Below, piece by piece: positions 63,769-64,000 of a DNA stretch of 64,000 bases. How positions within the stretch are numbered: the stretch's first letter is position 1; each line of letters begins with the position of its first letter. The DNA is from Akkermansia sp. (GTDB taxonomy: Bacteria > Verrucomicrobiota > Verrucomicrobiia > Verrucomicrobiales > Akkermansiaceae), in assembly GCA_045614705.1 (NCBI GenBank), contig JAZLDM010000017.1, positions 5,263 to 69,262 of the forward strand, in the 5' to 3' direction. A program made the position numbers and the translations under genes. Below the pieces are notes generated by a model, which saw only the letters and a program-made list of their open reading frames with translations, was not told where the DNA came from and made no database searches.

Positions 63769-63775
63769 GGAGGGT

Positions 63776-64000
63776 ATGGAATCAACAGATAGTATTCATA
63801 TCCCTATGAACGATTTTCGGGACTTTCTTTCTGTGCTGGAAGATGACATCCACACCCTGTTGGTGATGGGTGATGCGTATCGCTGGGGGAATGAGGAGGT
63901 GGAGCCGGATGCGACGATGGCGATGGAATATTATCGCGAGGCGGCAGAGCTGGGAGATTGGGAAGCCATGGGCTTGCTGGCCGATATGCTCGAGGAGCAG
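63776..64000 (+). CDS. Sel1-like repeat protein, 5' part (runs off the window)
   Basis: My translation from ATG 63776: MESTDSIHIPMNDFRDFLSVLEDDIHTLLVMGDAYRWGNEEVEPDATMAMEYYREAAELGDWEAMGLLADMLEEQ. Open to the window end, with a Sel1 pattern (A-x-x-YY-x-x-AAELGD-x-x-A...LA). Not in the ORF track because no stop is reached. Confidence 0.65.
   Translation, partial: MESTDSIHIPMNDFRDFLSVLEDDIHTLLVMGDAYRWGNEEVEPDATMAMEYYREAAELGDWEAMGLLADMLEEQ

Noticed and set aside
63769-63775. GGAGGGT before ATG 63776 read as a Shine-Dalgarno sequence
   Set aside because: Only 1-2 nt separate the GGAGG core from the ATG, which is too short for SD function. The stretch fits better as the 7-nt gap of the leaderless promoter pattern.
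1-64000. Search for tRNA, rRNA, CRISPR repeats, IS elements/transposases, integrases, reverse transcriptases and prophage genes
   Set aside because: No T-loop/GTTCGAATC-type tRNA signatures occur in any intergenic gap over 80 nt. There are no regularly spaced direct repeats, and no ORF has DDE, tyrosine/serine recombinase or RT motifs. The scan was by eye, so short or degenerate elements could have been missed.

Overview
Dense 64-kb chromosomal segment of a Gram-negative bacterium. GC is about 57-63% in hand counts of a few 60-nt lines, with three lower-GC patches. The gene content is consistent with a PVC-group (Verrucomicrobiota-like) genome: an LpxC-FabZ fusion, a PA14-tailed sulfatase, a giant pseudopilin-like protein, and Sel1 and ankyrin repeat proteins. 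That taxonomic guess is weak. Housekeeping content: rpmH-rnpA-yidD-yidC; lpxC-fabZ; dnaE; the str/S10 ribosomal cluster (rpsL-rpsG-fusA-rpsJ-rplC-rplD-rplW-rplB-rpsS-[insert]-rplV-rpsC-rplP-rpmC-rpsQ-rplN); copA; menF; tig; mfd; fabH; rimO; galK plus a Na+/solute symporter; mscS; gcvT-gcvH-gcvP. I found no rRNA, tRNA, CRISPR array, integrase, transposase or reverse transcriptase. Items worth a second look: (1) an uncharacterised operon at 42.3-44.2 kb pairing an ABC/AAA_21-like ATPase with a Zn-ribbon/PD-(D/E)xK nuclease that has a polybasic tail; it matches no named defence system I know and is my best candidate for a new system. (2) A recurrent promoter geometry, TTGnnn-17-TAnnnT-6/7-ATG, at 14 gene starts, implying widespread leaderless mRNAs; it also relocates several start codons. 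(3) A ~40% GC islet carrying a SauUSI-like type IV restriction enzyme (PLD, SF2 helicase, DUF3427) between two Sel1-repeat genes. (4) Tandem divergent NADAR-like paralogues next to mfd. (5) A coiled-coil/MreC-like gene inserted between rpsS and rplV. (6) A serpin overlapping the dnaE stop codon (TAATG), with a chagasin-family inhibitor divergent from dnaE. (7) An orphan 1244-aa GspK/PilX-like pseudopilin. All functional calls come from reading motifs in the supplied translations; no database search was possible.
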